From contig BCKZ01000001.1 in the NCBI GenBank assembly GCA_001600815.1, forward strand, positions 1,273,389-1,337,388: DNA of 64,000 nt. Direction: 5' to 3'. Within the stretch, counting starts at the first letter, position 1; every line of letters begins with the position of its first letter. The notes beneath the pieces were generated by a model, which had not been told where the DNA came from, ran no database searches, and saw only the letters and a program-made list of their open reading frames with translations. Both the position numbers and the translations under genes were made by a program. The stretch is from Alloascoidea hylecoeti. Lineage: Eukaryota. This document shows positions 25,813 through 37,568 of the stretch, piece after piece.

Positions 25813-26415
25813 TCTTATAAAATACATATAACAATGATAACATCTAATAAAATAATAATATGGTGGTGATTTTTGTTATCATTAGGATATTAAATTTGCT
25901 TAATTTGTAAAAGTTCAAATTATAAGGTTAACTATACGGTATGCCTACATAGTAAAAATGAGAGATCAACCCTGCACGCTACACATCTTTTTTCTCCACC
26001 CTCAATCTCAATGTTCTAATAAAGTTTTACATAAATAATCCTCTCAGGTTAATCTATCATATATCCAATTTTAAAAAACAGCTTACAGAAATATTTCGGG
26101 AATTTATTTTTTCCTCTTTAAGAAAATGTATGGGTCACACTGCATCTTCATCTTTGTTTTCAATCAACTCAAAAGCTACTGTAATAAGCAAGACGTACCC
26201 GTCCCCGGTGAAAACAGGAAAAACTTCTGGACTGTATTGTTACATAATTGTAATAGGTACGTACGCGTAGAAATGTATTAGGATTATTATATATTTATAA
26301 ATTTAAATATACATGAAGCAAAATTCAAGACAAATTTAGATATATAAAAAAAGAAAAGCAGAACTTTTACATATAAATACTTAATTAATTAACTTAGGCC
26401 ATGATAGCTTCTATC

Positions 26416-28149
26416 TTAACACCAAAATTTATAGAATCTGTAATATGCAGGTTTTGAATTTAAGTATTCAGTTTCCTCTGCAATCTCTTGTTTCAAGACA
26501 TCAAGATCGAATTCTCTTCTACCTGTATCAAGATCCATATCTTTTGATCTAATGTACCATCTCCAATTTCTGGTCCAAAGCTTATGACCAATATAAATGG
26601 CCAAAACAACGGGAACACATAAATAAGCTTCGAAAAAGGCACCTGCATCTGGACTTGCTCCAATTGGGAATAAAGCGACCCAAAATTGGGCAATAAGCAC
26701 CAAAATATTTAATCCAAGTCCATAATATGAGCCTATTACACCGGTATGTGATTTGAATGATAATTCTTCAGTACTTCTACCTTGCTTCTTTAAAGCATAT
26801 CTAAACCTTATGTGACAGAAGCAGGTTGATCCCCAAGTCAGAATACATGATAAACCAGTTATCGCATATAACCAGGTAAAAACATCACCCTCTTTGGGCG
26901 AAGCGGCTAAAAAGCATAATAAACCGAATACACCACTTAATGCAATACCATATAACGGTCTACCTCTTCTGTCTATATATCCAAGGCACTTTGGTGCCAT
27001 GTGAAGTTTTGCCATGGCAGCAACAGTTCTTGAACAAGCATAAACAGCCGAATTTCCAACGGATAAAACAGCAATCATAATAACAACATTGAATAATGAT
27101 GGAAGACCCTTAATACCTGCATTTTTTATTGCTAAAACAAATGGTGAAGCAGATGCATCGGCGCTTGAAGACGAGATAAGACGTTTCTCGGTGTAAGGAA
27201 CTAAAAAGCCAATTAAACAAAGAGAAACCATATAGAAAAGAAGGATTCTCCAAAATACTTGTTTCGTTGCAGTTGGTATAACTTTTCTTGGATTTGCGGT
27301 TTCAGCAGCTGTTAAACCAACTAATTCAGTACCATTGAATGAAAATGCAGCAGTAACGAAAACACTTGCAACACCTTTAAAGCCATGAGCGAATGCACCA
27401 GGTGTATGCCAGTATGTAGATCCAATATAATCACCATTTGGACCACCACCACATATCAAGACAATACCAAGTATGAAGAACCCAATAATTGCAATCACCT
27501 TAACTGAAGAGAATATAAATTCTGCTTCACCATAACCTTTAACGCCGAATAAATTGATTGACATTATTAGAACATAAAATATTGCTACCCAAGCAGCTGA
27601 ACTAATTGAACTATTCCAAAATTTAATCGTAATTGAAGCAGCTACTAATTCTAATGGTAATACAATCAGCCATTGACCAGCATAGTTCCAGCCAATTGCA
27701 AAACCCCATGATGGATCAATAAACTTTGTACAATAAGTTGCAAAGGCACCAGGTAAAGGAAAAGCAACAGATAGCTCGCCAAGAGCATGAACAGTGCAAA
27801 ATAACATTGAACCAATGAGACCCCAAGCAATAAGTAAAGCAGCTGGGCCACCAGTTCTTAAAGCAGATCCAGAACCAACAAAAAGACCAGTACCAATAGC
27901 ACCACCAATTGCAATCATTTGAATGTGTCGATTTTTCAACGATCTTGATAATGGAGATTGTGCAGTGGCAACCATTGCCTTCTCAACTTCTGAAAGATTT
28001 GGATCTAATTCATCCTCATTAAATGGTTTAAATGAATCCACAAATGATTGCCATTTACCAACGGAGCTTGTTTCTGCAGAATAAACATTGACATCCTCCT
28101 GGTTCGAATCTACAGAGATATCTTGTTTTTTAGTCTCTATTCCAGACAT
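26416..28149 (-). CDS. GAP1: Yeast amino-acid transporter (APC/YAT family), general amino acid permease-like
   Basis: LKNRHIQMIAIGGAIGTGLFVGSG, GYGEAEF, GTELVGL, about 12 TM helices, C-terminal FWC. ELSFKS..GVIGSYYG is closest to Gap1. Confidence 0.85.
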   Translation of the reverse strand: MSGIETKKQDISVDSNQEDVNVYSAETSSVGKWQSFVDSFKPFNEDELDPNLSEVEKAMVATAQSPLSRSLKNRHIQMIAIGGAIGTGLFVGSGSALRTGGPAALLIAWGLIGSMLFCTVHALGELSVAFPLPGAFATYCTKFIDPSWGFAIGWNYAGQWLIVLPLELVAASITIKFWNSSISSAAWVAIFYVLIMSINLFGVKGYGEAEFIFSSVKVIAIIGFFILGIVLICGGGPNGDYIGSTYWHTPGAFAHGFKGVASVFVTAAFSFNGTELVGLTAAETANPRKVIPTATKQVFWRILLFYMVSLCLIGFLVPYTEKRLISSSSADASASPFVLAIKNAGIKGLPSLFNVVIMIAVLSVGNSAVYACSRTVAAMAKLHMAPKCLGYIDRRGRPLYGIALSGVFGLLCFLAASPKEGDVFTWLYAITGLSCILTWGSTCFCHIRFRYALKKQGRSTEELSFKSHTGVIGSYYGLGLNILVLIAQFWVALFPIGASPDAGAFFEAYLCVPVVLAIYIGHKLWTRNWRWYIRSKDMDLDTGRREFDLDVLKQEIAEETEYLNSKPAYYRFYKFWC

Positions 28150-31102
28150 AGTGAAGAAATAGCTTTAAATGCTTTATAATTCATATTGAAATGAAGTGGG
28201 ATTGTGCCTTTATATAATAACAGTTGTATATACAGATGTCACAAAAGATAGAAATAATTATAATGTGAATATATGCATATATATGATTAAGGAAAAGTAA
28301 TCATACCAATATACAGAATCGCAACATAATTTTCTAAGAATATTGTCTTATTTTGCCAACTGCATCTGATGTTAGTAGGATTATGTACGATAGGTTTTAA
28401 GGAATAGAAAATCTATATAAAAAAGGGATGTAGAATCTGAATATACGATGAGAAACATTAATATTTGTACATGTTATTTTGTAATTGGATTGAGTTCTCT
28501 TAAGATTGACTCTGTGCGTTTTTTTCAAATGAATATATAGCACTCCAATGCGCTTGATTAAGGATGATGAAACATCAAATATCAAGCATTTGGATCTCGC
28601 TCCGCGGCAGCCAAAGCATTTAAAACTATACTATTGGACAATTAATATTAAAGCCGTGGCCACAAATTTTAATGGCTTTAAAATTCTTTTTGTTTTGCAT
28701 CGGTAGATATTTGTAGCCCGGATAATTGCAAATATAGGTGTGTTTCAAAAGGAAATATGTATTGTGGAGGAGGGCCGATGCCGTTATGGAAGAACCCCCG
28801 AGGAAATCGATGAGCTAATACGTCTTAAAATAAGCATACGCTTTCTAATTATGCACTACGGATTTAGCCAGCTGCAGCTGTCCACCCTACATAAGTATTC
28901 TGCAGCTTTTACAGCAAGCGCTGGCCATAATTATATGAATTCGAAGATCTTTTACAGGTTATTTATAATTAGGAGGAGTACATCATCTCCTCTGAATATT
29001 TAAGTTAATATATTATAATTATATAAAAACCACAATCAACACGTTATATAAAAGTACCCAAAAAGATTTTAAAGGTCGACTACTCTTATTAATCCTTCAG
29101 TTTCAGTTTCAACTTTAATCACTAGGTGTAATATCGGTTTTATTATTCTACCACCACGTAGGATCAACATATACTATACCTTATAGTAGTATATTTTATT
29201 ATCTGTAGTTTGGTGGAGCTGATTAATTATAATATCATAATTATAGATCTGTAGCAGAACATTTAAAGCTTTTGCCGCATAGAATTCCATTTATATGCAG
29301 GCCACAGCTGCTTAATTAAGCTTGTCCAAATTGTTACATCAATATTGTAAGCTTCTTGGCGTCTAAAATAAATTATAAAGTTTTACCTGAAAATAATATG
29401 AAGTAACAGCTATAGCTAATTATAGAATTGAAATTATTACGAAGGCTACAATTAAATATTATATGATATTGAACTATTATCAACACTAAAACTCAAAACA
29501 CTAACTTAAAACGTAACTGCAAAATAAAGCTCCAGTACTATGCATATGAATCTATGGTATCTGTATATGCATATGCATGTGTCTTTGTTCACCTTCGCAG
29601 CTTGATTAGATCAATTACTTCCTCATTAGCACTATTAAATGTATCTCATAGCGACAATCCAGGTGACCCACAAGATCTTATAAGGCTTAATTATAAACAC
29701 TCTAAACCTTTATTATATATGATTCCCACATTTGGAAATATCTTAAGATACCGATTGGAAGTATTTCTTAGCAATTGTAATTATATTATATATTTAAATA
29801 TTTAAATTTGAAAGGGAATCTGTATGTCTTAAATTCACAGTGTCAGATCTAGAACGGCTACTTATATATTTTAAACTTACGGCGGCTACACTTTTAGCAT
29901 ATTATATTGTTACATCCGAGCACTCAAATGTGGTGTATTTGTTTTTAGACACCACAAGAATTATATACTCTAAAATACACCATAAATGACTTCTAGAATT
30001 TTGTGAAACGAGATTTTATGTAATTTTAATTACAAAAACAATTTCAACTAGCAAATCTAATTGAAATTTGCAATCTGAGTAACAATAGATTCTCAATTAC
30101 TGAAATACATGAAGGCTTAATATTGCACCTTCATCATCTGTGTGGTTCATTGTAAAGCAATACAACGACTCTTCTGGGGTAACACCTATAGAACAAGAGA
30201 GCCCGCAGAGCATACCTAAATAGCAGTTGATCAAATTTTGAAAGTTTTAAAACCTTTCCCCTTGCATCCGGTTGAGGATCTGACTTCATAGCTCAACATT
30301 GGAATATCAAAGACCATACATTTCTGTAAAAACATGAATATGGAATATTTTCGGCATGTAAGGCCCTTTTTTCAATATGAAGAATGAATGAAACGGAATG
30401 ATATAATCTAAAGACAGACTGAAGCGGTATCCTTAATGTTATGTCTTTTTCAAAACATTCGGAAAGCATGCAGTTATCTTAAGTTTAATATCCCTTGAAA
30501 TTAGCTTAAACGCTTATAGATATGAGGAAAGTGTATCTGTTATATAAACTTATTGACTAACATATAGGCAGATAGAAAAGATCGCATAAAATAAAAGATA
30601 TAAATAGCATTGATTTAGGAATTATGGGAATACAACTATTAATTATATGAATTATGTATATATATATATATATATTATGAATTATAAAATGATTATAAAC
30701 CATGTGTAAGAACAGTCGGTTTTAAATTATCCGGGAAATATTGACATATCCTACTACATGCTTTTATCTGGTTTACAGATTTTATTTTTCTATGATTATC
30801 TATACCAGAGTTATCTTTCAATATGTGTAATAGATTATATAAAAACTAGATATCCCAGAAAATTTATATTAGAGTAACTGAGATTACATTTGTCCGCAGT
30901 CTGATTTTATCTTATGGCACAGCCTACAAGACGGAAGATATAGTAAACAGTTAAAACGAAACTATCCAGTCTAAGGAGAGGTTAGTCTAGTCAAAAGAAG
31001 ATGGCCAATAGCTTAGAACCTAGCTTACCGAAATTCTTGAAGGGATATCAAAAAGATAACAAATATCAAAGCTATGAACAGAACAGGAATAAACAATTTT
31101 AC

Positions 31103-31745
31103 CACATAATTGATACTCCTACAGCTAGGCCTCCTTTTAGACTATCCCTTAAATACAAGTAAGAATCATAACCACTCAAGTAGTTGCCCGAGAAAGGATC
31201 TATAAGCATAACACAATTCCTGTAATCTGCTTCCGTGCTATTTATTAAGCAATAAAACAATGGTTTACGTTTGTATGTTTGATTATCGCAAATTCAACAA
31301 TCATACAGTGAGAAATAGGTGCCTTTTCATGATGGTAAACGATTTAGTGGATCCACTACACGGCCTGAAGGTAATTGTAAAATTATATCTCATTTCGGGA
31401 TAACTTTAGTTTCTGATTAAATAAGCAGATTTATTATTGCAAAACCTGTGTTCACAACTAGAAACTGAAAATACGAATGGAATGTAATGCTATTCAGTTT
31501 GAATGGGGTAACTACATTTCGATACGTCATGAACAAGAGCTTAGAAGACTTTAAAGGAAAGTTTGTGGTTGTAAGTTGTACATTAACGCTATATTAATCT
31601 ATTCAGAAAATAAAGAAGAGCACGAGAATCATATTAAAATCGTGTTTGGCAAATTCAAGGGGAACAAACTATTGACTAAGCGATAACTTATGTTGAATAA
31701 ATCGTCCTAGGACATGAGATAAATTAGCATGGCATCAAACAACAA
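31103..31745 (+). mobile_element. Degenerate Ty3/gypsy LTR-retrotransposon pol fragment (reverse transcriptase) with multiple stops and frameshifts
   Basis: Frame-joined translation: HIIDTPTARPPFRLS..LPEKGSI..SASVLFIKQ*NNGLRLYV/DYRKFNNHTVRNR..VNDLVDPLHGLKVIVKLYLISG*..VFTTRN*KYEWNVMLFSL..TFRYVMNKSLEDFKGKFVVV/YINAILIYSENKEEHENHIKIVFGK..LGHEIN*HGIK. This is the gypsy RT motif series (DYRKLN, KLDLxSGY, YEWNVMPFGL, YxDDILIYS) in the correct order. Confidence 0.9.
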
Positions 31746-34700
31746 GAACAAGAAGAGTTTACGATCCACTAAGTAAGCGATATATCACAAGTGTAAGTGT
31801 AAAACTCTATTAAGTAGGCAAAAACTAATGTATTGATACTTGATGTTTTTTGTTTTCCTTATTCAAGGTTATTATCTGTCTCCCATACATATATAATATT
31901 ATAGTGTTATTAAGCTTTAATATATAATTAATAGCTATAGGTTATTTCGATAATAAAGGTGCAAAACGAGGTTGGTAGATATTGCAATTGAGTTTCTAAG
32001 TCTATACGTTTATATTAGAATAAATTAACATAATCGTATATGAACGTACTAATTATAAATAAACTACTACTTCTTGACATCAGTAAAGCAATTGACGAAA
32101 AACGAGTGTTTAAATTTACTAAAACGACCACAAACACCTCACTAGATATTCCGTATAGATAAACTAATTATATTTACACATTCTAATACCATATCTGATT
32201 TTTGTTTTCAGTTAAAAGTTAAATAGTTTCTTCTTTTTTGTTTTTGATCGTGTTTATATCGAAAATTTTATCCTATTTCTAAAGATACATCTCGTCCAGA
32301 AGACACCTTGCTTAAGCTCAATGAAAAATTCGAAAGAGATTATGCTAATGCGAGTGAAACGGGTGAATTTTATAGAAAACCAAATCTTTTGGTGACTAAA
32401 ACTCCACAGTATCAATAATACTATTGTGCTTATAACTAGTTATTATACAGTTAAAAAAGGGAAAAAGGGGGAAAAGGGGAAAAAGCGAAAAGTCCGTCCA
32501 AATTTGTTATAGTTTAACCACGAATTGCAAAACCAGAAACGAACATAAGTTATTAAAAATTAAACTATATACTAAAATCCACTTAGTCTAATAGTATATC
32601 TTCGATATTTATCTTTTGTGGGTTTCTACGATTTAGTGTATTGAGCTCACTAACTCCAAGCTTCCGACACATATCTCTCTTTGTTATCCCAGATAATTGT
32701 TAGTGCTTTGACGGTAAGCGTGGGTCACTCAAAATGAACGACTTTTTTTTTTTCTCTCCCGAAAATTTGTTCTCCGTGAGGAAGTATGCAACTGTACAGA
32801 TTAAGTTGTGAGGAAGTATTGTGACATGAATATGCATGCATTCATCGGGATAGGGTATGTTTTACGCATACAGGACTGACTTGTACACACAAATGAGCTC
32901 TTCGTTTAAGCCTATTTGGCCGCATAGATAGTTCGTTAAGAAATAGGAAATATTTGACAGAGGAGTGCAATGTATAAATGAAGTGAATTTGGTGTTGTGA
33001 TCAAATTTTGTGCGAGGGTTGTTTAAATTTGTTGATTTCTCTAATTCAGAGACACCATAGCTCTGTAAAGCTGTAAAGCTTACAACCAGATTAGATTGGT
33101 ATTACTAAACTATAATTAGTATAAAGCAGAAATATTTAATATTAAGATAAAACTATAGCGTAAGCTTATACAATCTTCTTCTTTTATAAAATTTAAGCAT
33201 ACGAATCATATACCGGTATGCCGCTCATCGCCGAGTTCAGACCTTTTGGCGGCGAGCACGACCCGAGAACAGTAAATTTTGGACCTTCCGAGCCTGGGTC
33301 GAGCACAAAAATCACAAAAAAAAAGAAACAAAAATAGAAAGGAAAAATAAAATTGCCGTGGTCAAGCCAGCCGACTTGGACCCAAAATTCCTCGAACTCA
33401 TTCTGAGCTCGTGCCAAGCATTTTTCCACTCCCGAGTCCCAATACAAAAACAGCCAAGCTCTCTCATCCTTGGTTTGGGCGGAACCGAATAATTACAATA
33501 TATGTAATTTGGGGTAACCTTTAGGATTCCATCCCATATCTGCTACTATGTGTAATATGACATAGACTATACCTAGTGTATTCACGATTCTTAAAATCGG
33601 ATTTTCATTTGAAGCTGGTCTTTGTCTTTGTCTTTAATTAGTGGCAATTACCTGAATTTAATTAATGTACCTATATACCCTCATAAATCATAATTAACTA
33701 ATTTATTTATTTCAAATTTATAGAACTAATTTTAGACGCTGGACAACCAATACGCATATATATTATATTTATAACCGTCGACTATAATATTAATGTATTA
33801 ATTAATCCCGGGATCTGAATGTAGATCTAAACGGTTCATATAAGTATTAGGCATATTATGTATCACGGCTGGACCTCTACCGGACCATCGACATATATTG
33901 GGCTTTCTAAACAGCCGATCTGAGGGTTAACGTTCTCAGTGTTAATAAATTTAAACTTACTAATACTAGCTAGCGCTGTAGTCTATATTATATGTTCAAT
34001 GTTCATGGATATTTTTGGTTTGGGGTTTAATTTTCTCCTTTTTTTTTCTCTCAAATTTATAATTTACGTACCGGTACCATCGATATCACCTTAATTAAAA
34101 GATCATCATATTTTTTAAATTTATAATTGAAACTCATAGATCATGATCGGTAATATAATTAAAAAATTAGCTATATAAGAGTATGATCATTCAAGGTTGT
34201 TGTAGAGAATGAAAATTTTCAGATCTCGCCTTGTATTTTATCATTTAAATTTCCTTTCCACTAATATTTATCTTAATATTATGTCCACGTGACCAACTTT
34301 ATTAGATCTAGCTAGCTAGAGAACACCAGGAAATTTTACAATAGTTAACATGTATTGGCCTGGTTCAGATCTAGACACTAAACATTTAAATCGCGATACC
34401 TGTAACGTTACTATTAGGTTAATATAAATATATGTTTTAGCGTTTGGTGCTAGTTCTTAAGCTTGCTCATGGGCTAGGGATAGCGATGGTATAACAAGCT
34501 TAATTAAAATCTTTTCAACGTAAATAATTATAAGATATACCATACCAATACATTACCGGTCCCTGCTATATCAGATTTATAGATCTAGCTATAGCTATAG
34601 ATATAGAAAATTTTAAACACTGAAACCCCACCAGATCCAATATGTGTTGTAGCTAATTATAAATGAGAAAACACAATTCCAGTTTCAATGTAAAACAGGA

Positions 34701-35552
34701 AATATGTTAATCTTGTTATTGTAATTGTTTCTCATATATTAGTTAGCCGGATAGGTCATATTTATTTTGGATTGAAGTTTAGAAATTTGAAGGTATAATA
34801 TAAAACAAAGACCAAAAAAATGTTAGCGTTCCAATTGCGCAATTGTAATTAGAATGTTATACTATTGCTATTAGTATATATATTGCTAATGCTATAACAT
34901 AATGATATCGTGCTCATGCTCAAAGGCTGTGTGTTTTTCAAAATTTGGTACATGTGATCAATTTATATTTATCGGAGGGAGTCATCATGTAGGTATGACC
35001 TATATATGACATTTAATATTGCCAGCAGTACCGCGGTTCTTTGCCATGTTGGCATTATTTTTATAAGTGATAGAGCATCGTAGCTGTAAAAATTTGTTTA
35101 TAATCTATTAATCAGAAGTCGAAAATTAGTGTATGTTTATGGATTTGGAAGAATTAAACAAAGGTAAAGGTTTCTAATAATTATGGTGTACTAGTGTAGA
35201 TATAATATTGTTGGTCATTTAATGACACTTATAGATTCTCGCTTATTGGGTGAGTCTTGCCGATATATATCGGGCAAAAATACTCAACCTGCTTATTTTC
35301 ACGTCAATTCGGTATGCAGCTGCAGAGATCGTGTAGAAAAAGTTTCTGCGGCTGTCAGAATGGTCCACAACTTAAACCTAAGCAGTATGCACATAAATCA
35401 TTTAGCCCCAGTGTGCAAATGAAAATCTTATATGTATTGCAAAATTAAAATTTTTGCTTACTAGGAGCTTATGATTAATCTTATTCCATTTACAAATATT
35501 TATATATATGGCTTCTTATCCTCCTTCATGATGGCTAGTAATATATAGGCTG

Positions 35553-37568
35553 ATGTCCCAAATCAACAACGAAAATGAAAATAAAGATCAAATATCAGTT
35601 CCAAGTGCTCCATATTCTACAGATGACAAGTTTAAGACAGCTCCTTTCTTCAAATCTTCTACCAATACAACCTCTAAACGACAACTAGAAGGCACTGTAA
35701 AACCAAATAAGCTTGCTCATCTGAACGATACATTGTCTTCAGATGATAAATTAGCAACAACTGTTTTTTTCAAATCTGCTACTGAAACCCCAAAACGGCC
35801 GTTAGAAGACACTGTAAAACCAAATAAGCTTGCTCGTCCAAATGATACGACTACTGATGTTCACACCGCTCGAGCTATTATCACTCTCCGTACTCCACCA
35901 TCAAACACCAATCGCGCAATTTATGAACCCTCGCCGGCTCCTGTGATAGCAGCAGCAGCAGTTCTGAAATCTGCCAAACTGGAGACTCGATGGGCATCAA
36001 ATATTCACAAACGGAACCACTCGCAACACAGTTATAAAGGGAATGCACATAGACGTCGACGAATAAGATCAACTTCTCTTCCAAATATTTACTTTGGTAA
36101 TGGGGACAAACCTTCCACTGATTTTTCTAGTGGTAATTCTCTGAAAGTAGGTCCAAATTATGTGGACCCAAGCAATTCACTTTTACCGCCTGTAAATTTG
36201 CAAAGCTTACGAGAGATAGATCTTCCAGAGATTCTGAAAAATCCTCAACTACGGCACGATATTGTTTTTGATCCACAACTACAATTCAGACCAAATCTAG
36301 ATGGCGAGCGTGGGAACAGGAAAAAGAAAATGGTGGATGATTACTGGGACGATATTGCTGCGGAATGTGAAATTTTGAAATTAAAAGAATTTGATGCTTC
36401 TGCATCTAAATTACCTATATTATTTACAACAATCCGAGATATATTGGTTTCCTTATTACCTACAAAGGATAAATCTACAATTTTTGAAATTATGGATCCA
36501 GAGTTATTAATTCAGCAACTTCATCAAAACTCGGTGAATTTAGTCCCATTGTCTAACTGGTTAGCCTCTGTTTTCAAGGTATATTGTGCACCTATGAGAG
36601 ATCCATGGGTTGATCAGATGTCATCAAAATTTGTTGAGGCCGTTGAGAATAATTCAATTCAACAGTTGGTAGAAGGCTTAAGAATGGTATTTTCAATTTT
36701 AGAGGCAATGAAATTAGATGTCGCAAATCACCAAATAAGACTACTAAGACCGGTGCTAGTTGAGACTGCAATCGAATTTGAGGAAGACTATTATAATCAA
36801 ATGATTTCTAAGAACAAAATTAATATTGCAGATGCTATTGAGTGGTTCAAATCAAAGGTCGAAGTTTCCCCTTCCAGTTTAGGAAATAATAAGTCTACTC
36901 TTCAGGAAGTATCAACTTTAAAATCAATAACACTAGAAGGACTTCTTGATCTTCTATCCTGTTGTAAAGTTGTCACCGAATTTCCTTCGACCTTTGCATT
37001 TGATCAAGCAAGACTAGTTTTACTAAGGGCAGACGTAAGACAAGTTGTTTGCCTACAATTGTGCCTCAATGTATATAAGCAATTGTTAAGAATATACCAA
37101 CCTTCCATTGCCTATAGAAAGAAAGCGCTTTCTCAAGCTACCCTTGAATCTATCAAGAAAGATATAATTGCCATTATCACCGATGATAATGGTAATATCA
37201 AATGGACCAAAAATATTCAAAATATAGCCGTTCAATTGGTGTCAAGGGTTACAAATGATCCATGTAATGGGCGAATATTTGCCTATTTACCCAATGAATT
37301 GATTGACACGGCAACCTCTTGGTTATCCAAACAGACACAACCATCTTCGAAAGTTTATTCCTTGATGGAAAAAATGACACTGAGTAAAATTAAGGAATTG
37401 GCCATTGAACAAATGAAGTCATCTAATAGATTCCCCAAAAAGCCAGAAAACATACCAACTGCATTATATCCATTATCAGAGGAAGTTCAATCTCTTTCTG
37501 GGAAAATTTCAATTTTAGGAAAGTTTCATTGGGATGTCTTTGGTGGGATATACACAGCTGTTATATAG
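35553..37568 (+). CDS. SOK1: Sok1 / T-complex protein 11 (Tcp11) domain protein, 671 aa
   Basis: LPPVNLQSLREIDLPEILKNPQLRHDIVFDPQLQFRPNLDGERG, CAPMRD, LEAMKLDVANHQIR, FPSTFAFDQARL. Confidence 0.93.
   Translation: MSQINNENENKDQISVPSAPYSTDDKFKTAPFFKSSTNTTSKRQLEGTVKPNKLAHLNDTLSSDDKLATTVFFKSATETPKRPLEDTVKPNKLARPNDTTTDVHTARAIITLRTPPSNTNRAIYEPSPAPVIAAAAVLKSAKLETRWASNIHKRNHSQHSYKGNAHRRRRIRSTSLPNIYFGNGDKPSTDFSSGNSLKVGPNYVDPSNSLLPPVNLQSLREIDLPEILKNPQLRHDIVFDPQLQFRPNLDGERGNRKKKMVDDYWDDIAAECEILKLKEFDASASKLPILFTTIRDILVSLLPTKDKSTIFEIMDPELLIQQLHQNSVNLVPLSNWLASVFKVYCAPMRDPWVDQMSSKFVEAVENNSIQQLVEGLRMVFSILEAMKLDVANHQIRLLRPVLVETAIEFEEDYYNQMISKNKINIADAIEWFKSKVEVSPSSLGNNKSTLQEVSTLKSITLEGLLDLLSCCKVVTEFPSTFAFDQARLVLLRADVRQVVCLQLCLNVYKQLLRIYQPSIAYRKKALSQATLESIKKDIIAIITDDNGNIKWTKNIQNIAVQLVSRVTNDPCNGRIFAYLPNELIDTATSWLSKQTQPSSKVYSLMEKMTLSKIKELAIEQMKSSNRFPKKPENIPTALYPLSEEVQSLSGKISILGKFHWDVFGGIYTAVI
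35616..35850 (+). repeat. Imperfect tandem duplication of about 117-120 bp in the SOK1 N-terminus
   Basis: STDDKFKTAPFFKSSTNTTSKRQLEGTVKPNKLAHLNDT versus SSDDKLATTVFFKSATETPKRPLEDTVKPNKLARPNDT; both copies contain cactgtaaaaccaaataagcttgctc. Confidence 0.88.

Noticed and set aside
34285..34294. CDEI-like GTCACGTG on the minus strand as a point centromere
   Set aside because: No CDEIII (TGT..CCGAA) at an appropriate distance, and the flank is not a pure-AT CDEII.
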